DNA of 64,000 nt, from assembly GCA_965112155.1 (NCBI GenBank), contig OZ218103.1. One strand, given 5' to 3'. The position numbers and the translations under genes are program-made. Source of the stretch: Podarcis liolepis. Lineage: Eukaryota. Shown here in pieces: positions 1-11,542 of this stretch. Position 1 is the first letter of the stretch. Each line of letters starts with the position of its first letter. Under the pieces are notes generated by a model. It was not told the origin of the DNA. It searched no databases and worked only from the letters and a program-made list of their open reading frames with translations.

Positions 1-614
1 CTTGAGTTTGGAGTGATCTTGACGCTGGAGTTGTTGCAGTGCTGGTTGAAGTACCCAGGGCCAGAATTATGTGTTGTGGGATCAGTTGTAGCTTAGTCTG
101 CTAATGTCGACAAAGTGCCAGCAGCAATATATCTGACCACATGCCCTCTTGACTCATGTCCCTCATGGCTTTTAAAATCTAGCACAGGGGGTCTGATTGG
201 TTGGATCCAGAGCATGGTTGTGTGAGGGGGTGTTCCCTGCTGCCTTGAAAGGGGCAGTGGCGCAGTCACTCTGCAAGAAACCAGCTCTGGATCCTTTAGA
301 CTGGAACAACTATCAACCAGTTACAAATACCCCTTTTGGGGGGGAAGGTGGTGAAGAAAGTTGTGGTTTCCGCTTGTGCTTGATCTAAAAGCTGCAGTTA
401 GTGCAGAATACCCTGAAATGATTGCTGACAAGACCTGCACTGGTTCCTGATATGCTAGTGGGTGAAGTTCAGAGTGTTGCTATTAGTATATAATGCCTTG
501 AACATCTTGGGACCAGTTTATTTGTTGGATCATCTTGCCTGATTTATGCCCACTTGACCACTTAGATTTGTGGAACTGGCATGGTTACATATGCTGCATA
601 ATACTTGTTCTATA

Positions 615-1193
615 TCTGTAAGAAATCAGTGCTTTAGCGTGGCAGCACCTCCACCTTGGACCTCCCTGCCGATTTGACTTCAGGCAGGCACCTTCACTGT
701 ACAGTGGTACCTCTGGTTGCGAACGGGATCCGTTCTGGAGCCCCATTTGCAACCTGAAAGGAACGCAACCTGCGTCTGCGCACACACGGGTCGCGATTTG
801 CCACTTCTGCACATGCGCATGATGTCATTTTGCACGTCTATGCATGCGCGAGTGGCGAAACCCGGAAGTAACCCTTTCCAGTACTTCTGGGTCACCGCAG
901 AACACAACCTGAAAAAACGCATCATGAAGCAAATATAAAAGGAGGTATGACTGTATTCTTTTCAGCCCCTGCTGAAAACATTTTTGTTTAGGCAAGCCTA
1001 TCCAGACATGCAGAATGTTAACATGTGTTTTAATCTGGTATTTAGCTTATTGTTTATTTTTATTCTCTGAATGTTCTGAATAGTTTTAAACTGTTTTGAA
1101 CTGATAATTTTATTGTTTTGTTCTTTTTGTAAACTGATTTGAGCGCTTATTACAATCAAATGATATAAAAATCTTGTGAAATAAATGAATAAA
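615..1193 (+). mobile_element. Degraded L2-type LINE 3' end, interrupted by a MITE at 702-953
   Basis: Resembles squamate L2 3' ends (gctttagcgtggcagcacct...aaaacatttttgtttaggcaagcc), then a T-rich UTR and an aataaatgaataaa tail. Boundaries approximate. Confidence 0.55.
702..953. mobile_element. Tc1/mariner (Tigger/pogo-like) MITE
   Basis: Imperfect TIRs cagtggtacctc / gaggtatgactg, TA target duplications at 700-701 and 954-955, no coding capacity. Confidence 0.85.
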
Positions 1194-2436
1194 ATTTAAC
1201 CTCCCAAACAAGAACTATCACTTTGCTCCATAGTGTCCTTCTTACAGTTTATAACAGAAGTTTTAATTCTATTTTTTAATTGCTGAAGTAAAAGAAGTTA
1301 ACAAGAAGAATACACATTTTGCTCTTTGGATGGTGGTGAGCTGACACAATTTGTACCATACCTTAAAGTATATTAGCAACAATCAAAACTTTAGACTAAC
1401 ATTTTGGATGGTGAGTTTAATTTTTTAACAATGCTTGCTTGATCAATTCAGTAGAGGATGGCAACATTTTGATCCCAGTGGACAGAAGAGATAAAATATG
1501 AGCAGCTCAGGTTGGTGTAATGTATGTGCAAACTTTGGAATGTTATTGCACTCTTAACCTAGGAAATGGAAGGAAAGTTTCAGGAATATATAGTGATCAA
1601 TGCATATTGCCAGTTGTGCAAATAGCCAATTATCAACAATGTAACTTTTCATCCATGTAATTCAAGATTCTGCCACCACTCTAATAATTTTACATAAGCC
1701 TAATTACTCCAGTGCACTTTTACCTATTTTTGATCTTCCAATTTGATTAGAGCTAACCCGAGTAAAAAATATATAAATCTCTAAACATCTGAGCTTCAAT
1801 AACAATTTCTTTCAAGATGAAAAAGGTGTCCTGAATTTGAAAGTATAAAGGTGAACATTGCATTACAATGCCTTTAGTCCCCAAACTTGCCAAAGTTACT
1901 AGGGCAACCACATCTCCCAGCCTGCCAATCTACTCCCCCCCCCCACACACCTACTCTTCAGCCATTCATGAATCCCCCTTTGCCATTTCCTTTGAGTTGC
2001 GCCAGCAGTGCACCACCACATATGCACACCATCCTCATATTGCTGCTTAGTCACCAATGCTTTTTGCTAACCTGGATATGGTCAGGCTGGAAGAAGATGC
2101 AAAGCACACTCCTGCCATCCATTCTTGACAAAAAATACTGTTGAAGCAATTGCCGTCACAGGAATCAGCATTAACAGAGACGACAACAGTAGCAGGAACA
2201 AACAGCTAGTGCATGTCCAAATGTCCTCATGCTCCACTTCCAAGAGTCAGACGAATACCCCACCCTGCATGTCCAATAGATGGGACAAGCTCTGGACTGC
2301 AGTTGGTACTCTTTGTTGATAAACAAGACCTGCTTACTTTCAGTAAGACATAGCAATTTAAAATAATAATAATAAACAACAGATATAGAACAATTTTACA
2401 TTTTAAATATTGAAGGCAGGATGCAAAGAATGATAT

Positions 2437-2532
2437 GAGAACATAGGAATTGTCTCCTAAATCAGATCTAATGGTCCATCAGGTTCAGCATCTTGTTTCC
2501 ACAATGGCCAATTAGATGCTTCTGGGAAGCCC
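2437..2532 (-). mobile_element. CR1-type 3' end fragment
   Basis: aacataggaa...ggtccatc...tggccaattagatgcttctgggaagccc reads as the reverse complement of a CR1-like 3' end with a TTCCTATG tail. Confidence 0.5.
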
Positions 2533-2707
2533 CCAACACTTTGTGGCCAGTTGCAATGGGCCAATTTTATTTTATTTTTTGCACCTTTGGGATTCTGCCC
2601 CCACCCCACAAGTTTGTTGTTCTGCACACAGTTTCTCCTGTATCTGTTGCTAACTCATTGTTCATGGATGGTGTCTACATAAGGATCCACACTTGTAGAG
2701 TATATGG

Positions 2708-2985
2708 CAGGGGTTGGCAACCTAAGGCCCATGGGCCACAAGCGGCCCATGTGGGTTGTTTAACCAGCCCATGAGCCGCCCCCGAACTGAGCTGCCCACT
2801 CAGCGAGTCCCCCACGCTGCGCTAAACCAGTGCAGCGCAGAGTGTGGGCTCGCTTCCACGGTGCCAGAAATCACGCCTGCACAGACGCAGACGCCGGAAA
2901 TCGCAGGCGCGCACACAATCCAGCCCACGGAGGGATCTCCGCTGGAGTGAACCGGCCCAGGCAAGGTAAACCTTGCCGACCCCTG
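2708..2985. mobile_element. hAT (Charlie-like) non-autonomous element
   Basis: TIRs caggggttggcaa / ttgccgacccctg; 8-bp TSD gtatatgg (2700-2707) / gtatatag (2986-2993). Confidence 0.88.
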
Positions 2986-3299
2986 GTATATAGAATAAAT
3001 ATGTTCAAGTTTTTATAACTAGGATTCAGCAGAACTCAATATTGAGTTCGTGGACTACGATATAGGACATTATGCATGATTGCTAAATCAACTTTCATCA
3101 TGACAAAATATTGAATAGTCTCCATTTCAGTGTCTGTTACATTAAAAATCCAAATTTTTAAATGGGGGGAAAGCAATGAAACATTCAGAAGTGCGTGAAT
3201 TCCTTCCTCTGCCCAACAGACTGCACTTCTACATTGTTCCTTCATAATGTGAACATAGGTGCAGATAATGCCTTCATTGCTATATCTAATAAGAACCTA

Positions 3300-3389
3300 A
3301 GGTAAAGGTAAAGGGACCCCTGACCATTAGGTCCAGTCATGACCGACTCTGGGGTTGTGGCGCTCATCTCACTTTATTGGCCAAGGGAG
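3300..3389 (-). mobile_element. Sauria SINE 3' fragment (5'-truncated)
   Basis: aggtaaaggtaaagggacccctgaccattaggtccagtc is the reverse of the (ACCTTT)n-tailed Sauria SINE end; TSD gaaccta at 3293-3299 and 3390-3396. Confidence 0.85.
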
Positions 3390-3884
3390 GAACCTATCAG
3401 ATACCAATTCAATCTATTTGTTCATGTAGCACAGTATTGACCACTAGAGGCCAGCATGGTGGGGTAGTGGTGCTTACCTGACCTCCTTGCACCTGCATCA
3501 CTGCTGCTTACTGGGTGGGATCAGCACATGGCAGGAAAAAAATGGTGTTCCTGCCAGTTTGTTCACCACTATTGCCTCACCCCTCTCCTTCTCGGCAAGC
3601 AGCAGCAACTCAGCAGCCAGAAGTTTGGGTGAGTGCCACTGCCTCACCATGCCATCCAATCCAGTATTGGTACGTATTGTCTCCCCTGCTGGCAAAATCT
3701 TAGAGCTGAGTAGGGCTAAAAGATCCAAGACCTAAGAGGAGGATCTAAGAATAATTTGCAAATGATCAGTGTTGTGTTTTACAATGCCACTGAAACAAGT
3801 TAGCCAACTAAACAGTATTTTCTGCATTGAGGTTTTCTCTCTATTCCAAAGCGAGAAAACCTCTATTTCTCTCTATTTCCCAGA

Positions 3885-4008
3885 TGTCATCTATTCCAAA
3901 CTCCTAATGCAGGGGTATTCCAGATGTTGTAGGACTCTTATACCAGGCCCAACTAGCATGGTCAATGGCCAACATTATCTGAAAGGCCACAGGTTCCTAA
4001 GCTCTGTC
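3885..4008. mobile_element. Degraded palindromic hAT MITE (same family as 42810-42947)
   Basis: caggggt...ccagatgttgtaggact...catctgaaaggccacaggttc-type ends; partly deleted, boundaries approximate. Confidence 0.5.
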
Positions 4009-4949
4009 CTAATGCAAGGCACAGCTACTCCATCCACTCATATGCTAGCCACAATCAAAACAGGATCACATGTCACAAGCATAGAACAAGTTTTCTGCAG
4101 AAGGCCACTTGCAAAGCAAATTTCTGTGAATAAGCCAAACCTCAGGTTGCAGGGGCAGACACAGAAGAAAAAGAAAAGACAAGATTTAACTTTGAACAAA
4201 ATTTCTTCTCAGAGTTGCCTGATTTTGCTGCAGAATTCTCACTGCTGGAGAGGAACAAGCTGCCATGCAATTTAAGAAAGCATTATATTTGCATTCTCTC
4301 CTAGATATGCATGCCTCAAGCCTTAAATATGCTGATCTGTGAGACTGTACACACAAACAAGACTTGTCCACAAAGGGAGAAACCTTCCTGATCTAAACAG
4401 GCCAAAATAGCATCACAGAAACTGAGCATAAGGCACATTGCAAGCAGTAATTTTAAAATAATTTCAGTGAAAAAATTGTTTTACACTAGCAGATGGTTGA
4501 GATCCTTTAGTGATCTGTCTTTACAGGTACTGTAGAGACAGGACATTTTGCAACTACTTTTCAGGTTGAATGGTGTAACGAATGAATGAAATGATCAAAG
4601 GATTTTGGAAAGAGAGAAGTTACTCCAAGGGCTGCACGATAGTGTATCCATTGGTTTCAGTGGTGCTTCTTCCCAAACACTTGCGCTTAAAATTTAAGCA
4701 TTCAGACACAGTTTCCTCAAGCACACACCATGTTAATTAATGGAAGCAAGTCCATTAATTGCAAGGAAACTTACTTCCAAATAATGGGTAAAACTGATCG
4801 CTTACTTCCACCGGATGGGATCCTGAGTCTAGGCTCTAGGGTCTATGGAGCAGTCTTGTGCAAGAGAGGATTTCTGACCCCTTAAGTGGCAAGCCTACGC
4901 CTCCTTACCTGGGAGCAATTCCCAGCGAACTCAAAGGGGGCCACTTCCG

Positions 4950-5560
4950 AGTAAATGCACCTAGGATGGAACAGTGCACGCACTATTCAGCTAAGGGAAC
5001 TGGTGGCAGAATATTACATTTCGGGAGAGACCCGTCCTGCGCCGTGCAGCAAATCTGCAGTCGCCCAGTTAACACCCCCCCGCGTGCCTCCTGCTCCTTC
5101 CCCCCCCCCTCCATTCATCGCGGCGTCCGCCTGCAGAAAGGGCTCGCACTGCGCAGAGAGAGAGAGAGAGCTCCCCTCCTTTTCTCCTTCCTTCCTGCTG
5201 CCGCTGCGGTGTTTGGAAGGAGGCCTAGTCTGCTGGCAGCGCTTTCCCGGCCGGAGCGCGCGCTGAAAGGAATTCCTGAGGCCGCGATTGGCCCAGCGCT
5301 GGCCTCCGTGAGAACGGACCTCCTCCCCGTGTGTGTGGTTCCTATGCAAATTGCAGCGATTGCGGAAATCAGCGGGCTGGGAAGCGGGGGAGGGGAAGTC
5401 TGTCGAATCGATTGCAACTTCTGCAAAGTCTAACACAATCCAACGCACACAAGGCAAAGCCAGGGAGAGAGAGGGAGAATCTGAGAACCCAGCCAACCCG
5501 GCTTGGATCGCTTTCAAAAACAGAGAGGCTAGAGAGAGTCCATCACAAATCGTTTTGATT
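4950..5560. promoter_or_regulatory. CpG island, distal upstream of NFIA
   Basis: High GC and dense CpG against an AT-rich, CpG-depleted background; gattgg (CCAAT) near 5287 and octamer ATGCAAAT at 5344-5351. Confidence 0.7.
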
Positions 5561-7134
5561 CGGAAGGTGTCATTTATTTATTTATATTTTAAAAAGCTTA
5601 CCCAGCAGCTTGGTAATTAACTACCTTTTTTAAAAAAATCTTCCTGATTTTCAGTTGTTACAAGTTTAGTTTATTTATTTTTTATGGAAAAGAGCAACGT
5701 GTGAGAACTAATGATGAAGCCCATTGACTCGACCTTTTAAAGTTTCTCACGTACTCTTTATTTACATTGCAATGGTACGTGGACGCGTCTTCTTCAGCCT
5801 TTTATTTCCATGCTTTCAAAAACGGAAAAGAGAATGTGGTTGACGTGAGGTTTTAATGGCTATTGTATTGCAGATGTTTGCTTTGTAACCTGTTTTAATT
5901 GCTACAAAGTAAGGTTTAACGGACTGCGTTTGCCTGTGTGCGCACTATATACCAGATAAGAGGCAGAGTGGGTGGGTTTTGTTGCGTGCACTAGACTTTC
6001 CTCCCCCCCCCGCCCCCCAGCGATCTGAGAAAACCGCTGAGCTTGCTCGGTGTACCACCCCCCCCAAAAAATGTACGTGCTTAGGTCTGTAAAAAGACGT
6101 CTGGGATCGGCAGCCAGCCCAACACAAAAGGAAGCGTCTAGACTAGGGATGTAATTGACAAGCCCATTCTCTAATCAATGTAGCAAATGTCTATGATGGA
6201 CTAGAGCGCCATCCAATAAGAGAACAGGCTGGATGTTGTAATGTTCGAAATATCCAAAGTGGAAGGAGGTGGGAAAGAGCGAGTGGCGTTCGTCCCTCCC
6301 TCTTCTCTAAAGTTCTCTCTGCTCGGCGCACCGAGGGATAGTTGGGAGCTGTCAAACCAGCGCAGAGCTATATAATACATTTGGATTTTGCTGAGAGATC
6401 TCTAATAACAAAAACAAGTTTTCTCTCAGTGAAAGTGCATGCCGCGATCAGTTCTGCTTAACATTACATTCACCTTTGTGCTTTGTGATTGAAACCCTTG
6501 AGCATTTCTGCAGCAACCTTGTCCCAAATTTAAACTCTGCTGTCGATATTTCTTATGCAGGAGAGGAGATGACACCAGTGAGCCCCCCTTTTCTGACTGC
6601 ACTGTTGTTTTTGTTTGTTTGCTATTTTATTCTGGTGTGTTCCGATCCATTGTTGGTTCCAACCATTGTTACTTGTGATTGGGGGCATCCTAAGATATGA
6701 AAGTGCTTTGGAGGAATCGAGAGTGCCCCCCCCCCTTAACATGATTACAGGTCCCACTCATTGCACGGGGTTTTACTCCCAAGTAGGCATGATTAGGGCG
6801 GAAGACTTCAAAGTGCTTTGGAGGACCCTGCCCTGTTGAATTCTTCTTCATGATCTCTGCTGCAAACTATGCTTCTATGCTTGACCGTTGGATGAGTCCC
6901 TCGAACGTGTGTATGCATTACCTATTGGGTAGGCACGTCTGGAGTTTGTGTCCCCCCCCCTTCATTTACTGGGACCAGTCAAAGATAAACACTTTGAACT
7001 CTCGTTGTTGTTCTGAGCTGCAGTTTTAGGCACTCACTTGACTCCCGTTTAAATCAGTGGGACTGAGAAGTGCTGAACTCTGAATCTCACCCAGCGAGTG
7101 AAATTTGCTTATGTGAGGAGGGATTGTAAGATCC

Positions 7135-7166
<32 letters not shown>

Positions 7167-7299
7167 GAGAGGTAGGTGGCATGATATATATTCCCTCTCT
7201 TCTCTTTCCTCCTTCCTGCACTGAACTCCAGAGAATTGGGAAAGGTAGAACTTGCTGGTTGGGAGCCAGGCTGGCTGTCTTTCTCTGGACCGGAGCTCT

Positions 7300-8800
7300 C
7301 AGTAGAAACCAAGTCCAACATAACCAACCACACACTTGCGCTCGAAATAGCCTCTGGCAGCCCTTTCCGGTGTAAAACCCTCGCCTGCAGCCATGCAGGA
7401 GGTCCTTGAGTCCTCGAGCTGGCCAGGGCCAGGGCTTTCCGAAACGCTTCGGGAACTTCACCGCAGACTCCTTAAGCCCGCTCTTCTAAAGCGGAAGTTT
7501 GGACGTCTTCTTCGCGCCGGGCAATGGACGCCAACGGGCCCCCCAGTTTTTCAGGGGTCAGGGCGCTCGAGTAGGCAGATCTCGCTTTAAGAGCCAAGGC
7601 AGCGAAATCCCCACTAGAAAAGTAGCTGCGAGGAAACTACCCCGCTCTGACTTTTTTTTTGGGGGGGGAGACTATCCCCAATTGCTTTAAAGTAAAGAAC
7701 ACTGCAATTGGGGGAGGGGAATGGCATGGGAAGTATCGACTAGTCGTGACTTCACTTGTCATTTGCCGGTGGTCGAGCGGCCCTCCGAAGCGACTCTGCT
7801 CCGGAGCAAGCTCCCGCTTTCGACCGGCGGAACTAACCCCGAGGAAGTGGTTTTAAAGATCTCTCTTGCCTAAAAAGTTTTTAAATCATAATAATGCGAT
7901 TTCCCGTTAAGTCTCTCCTTGATATATATTCAAGATGGTCCGTATAAGTGAACCCTCCGCGACGTAATTTATATATCTAAGAGGATTTCACCGAGGCTGG
8001 CGAGGTAAAAGTTTCTGCAAATAAAACATGGCAAATGCAATGCCGGGCAGCGTGCCAGGTAGAATATGGATAGGAGGAGGGCTCACGGCAGAAAGTCTCT
8101 TCACAGAGAGACATATACCATTTCACGGTAGCAGCAGCAGCCTATAGCACTTTTCGAAGTTCCCCTTTTAAAGAGACAATGTTGGCTTCAGCCAGATCTT
8201 CGTCTGCAATGTTTTTAATGAAGCGGGATCCTCTAAGTGTATTTGACCGCCTCTCTCCCCCGCCTCCCCCGCTTCTTGTTATATCTCTTTTTATACCCTC
8301 GGGACGACGGACTTCCCCTCCTCCCCTCTGTGGGGGAATCTTCCTGAGGAAACCTTTTCGGGGGCTTCAAGCGAGGTTTGCGCCTCTTTTGAGGAGGGAA
8401 GCTTAAAGTTTATGTTATGTTAGTGCCTTCCCCAGCTACACACTCGTGTGTGTGTTTATGGGGGATCCAGAGGGCGCGCGCGGATGTGAGAGCATTTTTG
8501 TGTAGGCTTCTCGGGAGGGGGTGGGGAAGGCGAGGAGGGAGCGGATGTGCAAAGGCTCAGTGCCTGAACTTGGATGCAACGTCTGCCTAGAGGGCGCAAA
8601 CAATCATCCCACGTCCAAAAGTCTTACGAAGGGCGCCAAAAGTTACTTAAGATAATATTCCTAACCACAAAGAGCTGGAAATCGTACGGCAAAGCCGTCT
8701 GCCAGCAACGGCAGCGGAGCCAAGGGCCCGATCCTGCCTCGCTGACAAATTAGCCTTCCCCTGTCTGCTTTGTGGATTAAGGGAAATCATAAAACATCTC
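7300..8800. promoter_or_regulatory. CpG island, probable alternative NFIA promoter
   Basis: Dense CpG, ETS-like gcggaagt/gaggaagt motifs, candidate first-exon splice donors at 7938 and 8059. Confidence 0.65.
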
Positions 8801-11163
8801 CCTAAGCATTCGTAGGGATGCATATGTGCGTGCGTGTATGTATGTATATGGGATGAATACACACACACAGAGGGGATTAATGTTTCATGGCACGTGAGAC
8901 TGGGAAAAGGTGAAAAACATTAGTATATGTGTAAAATGCTTGTGTTCTCTGTTGCTAAAACATATCCTACAGACATTTGGGTCTTATAAAGTACTATTCC
9001 CAGCTAACGTGTCTGCCTAGTCATGCCACCGTTCACACTATTCGCACAACTATGCTGAAAAGTCAGGCTGGGCTACAAGTCTGTGGCTAAAGCAGTGGTG
9101 CATTTATTTCCCTGTTCACATTCCGCTGTCAGTTTCAGGACAAACACCCCTTTCTCAGTGTTTGTAGCAGCATCTCTGTACATTTCGAACAACTTGTGCA
9201 TGGTGGCAAATGCGGTGACTGGTTGGCCTAGCCCGGTTAAGAGTAGGCACATGCAGGACTCTCTGGTGACTGCTATGTGCTGAATTGGTTGTGGGAGTAG
9301 GCAGTATGTATGCAATATGTAGGGAGCACAAAGGAGGTCAATGTATTGGACCACCAGCTACTCTTGGGAGAGAGGGGCAGATGAGTAAATAAAGGAAAGA
9401 CATAGCATGCTAGGGAACAAATTGAAAGTCGTAAATCATAAGTGAGGTGTTTTTTAAAAAAAACATTAGTCACTTCTTTTTCCTCAGTGTTTTAGCTTTT
9501 TGTAAGACTGTCAGCCAGAAAGTTCTGTCAAGGAAACTTGGAAAGCTGAGAGATCCCAGAAAATGTTTAGTTGGGTGTGTTTCCATGTCATTATATCACT
9601 GACAGGTATTGGGCCATTCTTTTTATTCTTTTTTCAAAGGTATGAATGAAAACTGAAGGTAATTTTGCACTTAGCTTAGACATCTGCAATCCACAAATGA
9701 TAATTTTAGTGAAGCACTCAACTTGGGAAAAGGAAGGGCCTCCAGGAGATAAACGTGATATAGCGACTAAGGCCTCCTCCCTTAATAGCCTTGGGCAATG
9801 TATTTTCCTCTAAAAGTCCTTGCAGTATTTTAATACATTCTTAAATTCGAAACACCTAGATCTCTGGTCCACATCAGAAGTCAGGCATGCTGAATGTGGT
9901 ATGTCTTGTGGTATTCTCTTCCTTTTTACGTGGTTTTTTTTTTTAAAGTTATGAATGGTTGTGGATATGCAAGTGTCTGAAAGCTGCAGCATTTGGGGAA
10001 ATGAAAGGAAGACTAGAGAGGATGCCACTTAGGAGACTGAAGAAAGACTAGAGAGAAAATGTAAGACTCAATAAAAGAAAAGTTGTCTGACTGGAAACTT
10101 TCCAAACCCCCAAAACCAAACCTTTCTTGTGCCAAAACAATGCATTATAAGATAAATAAAGGACAGAAGGCTCAATTCAAAGTTGAGCAACTTTAAGTAG
10201 TAACTTTATTGCTTGAGGGTTGCAGTGCAGTTTTGAAGCTGTGCATTATTAGTAAAATAAGCATCCTTGGCTATAAAGTGCCCTGAGTTTTGTTTTTTAA
10301 CCGACATTCATATGCCAAGAGCTAGAAAGTTCTGAACAAATGTGTTTGGCTCTGCTCTCAGCTGGTGATCATGCTCTCATACAAAGCAGTCCATACAAAT
10401 ATATCCACAATTATTAGAAGCTGCACACTTAATGCCTTATTAGCCTTCATATTTAAACAAAACAATGAAGAAAGCCCCACCCATTAGAGCTTTACTTGGG
10501 GACACGATTTCTGGAAAAACAATTTGCAAAGTTTCAAATCCACAGTGCGCCGCGACTTGTCTGCCAGCCCTTAGAAAAATGCTCTGTATCTATATGCTTT
10601 CTATGGGTGCTGCTGCTACTGTAAGATTTCGGAAAGCCTCTTTCCGCATGAGACGAATGGCGAAAGTTTAGTCCAAAGTCCTTAAGACGATCTCCTTGAA
10701 GGTCTTGTGGATGGGGGTGGGGGTGGGGAGAGAAGTGGGGGTGGGGGAGAGCGAGAGCGTTCGGGGAGGGGGAGGGGAGCGCGAAAGCGGCAGAAATATG
10801 GAAAAGTAGTTTTGTTTGCTTAAGCACATCCTGCAGAGCCTCTCGCCGCTCGGGAGCCCTGCCTGCAAACGGCTCCTGCTGCCTGCGCTACCCAGTAATG
10901 CACTGAGAGCCTGGGATCGGGGATCGGGAGGGCTGGCCGAGCAGTAGCACCGCAGCCCCCCTCCCCCGGGCAAGGCAGCGAGCGAGCTGCTGCTGCTGGC
11001 GGAGCGGTGCAGAGCGGAGCAGCAGCAGGAGCAGGAGGCGCGCGGGCAGGTTCCCGGGGAAGCTGGAGGGAGCCGGGCGCTGTCGAGAGGCTGCCCGGGC
11101 TGCGAGCGCGGGGGGAAGTGCGCGCTATGCCTTTAACGCCCGGGCACAGGAGACATGTCTAGC

Positions 11164-11415
11164 GTGTAGGCTAGGGAAACTCTAGGCGGGGTTAAAGTTC
11201 AGCTCATGGAGCTGATCAGCGCTGCTGGCTGCAGTTGAGCAGAGTTGGAAATGTGAAAGCAAGAAGCAGGCTCGGCTCTTCCCCCCTCTTTCTTTTTCTC
11301 TCTCTCTCTTCTCTCTCTCTCCCTCCCTCCCTCTCTCCCTCCCTCCCTTTCTCTCTCTCTCTCTCTCTCCCTCTCACTCACACACCTCCAAGCCACAAAC
11401 CCCCCCGCAGCAACC
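11164..11415 (+). other. NFIA: NFIA 5'UTR of exon 1 (start approximate) with CT-rich tract and two uORFs
   Basis: gggaaactctaggcggggttaaagttcagctcatggagc...ggaaatgtgaa..caagaagcaggct resembles the mammalian NFIA 5'UTR as recalled; polypyrimidine tract ~11277-11375; contiguous with the start codon. Confidence 0.7.
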
Positions 11416-11442
11416 ATGTATTCTCCTCTCTGTCTTACCCAG
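11416..11442 (+). CDS. NFIA: Nuclear factor I A, coding exon 1 (MYSPLCLTQ)
   Basis: accATG TAT TCT CCT CTC TGT CTT ACC CAG|gtaaga, phase-0 donor. The peptide is NFIA-type (NFIB MMYSPICLTQ, NFIC MYSSPLCLTQ, NFIX MYSPYCLTQ). Confidence 0.97.
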
Positions 11443-11499
11443 GTAAGAAGCTTCTTCGGATTCATTGGGGGGGGGGGCGAGGAGGAGGGCAAGGGGCTT

Positions 11500-11542
11500 C
11501 TCTGTCTGTCTGTCTGTCTGTCTGTCCGCCCGTCTGTCTGTC
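11500..11542. repeat. (TCTG)n imperfect microsatellite
   Basis: Seen directly at the start of intron 1. Confidence 0.9.

Noticed and set aside
3769-4275. 168-aa ORF
   Set aside because: Non-ATG start, runs through a degraded MITE, no domain similarity.
4858-5620. Overlapping 100-190 aa ORFs on both strands
   Set aside because: GC-rich CpG-island sequence is depleted of stops; no recognisable domains.
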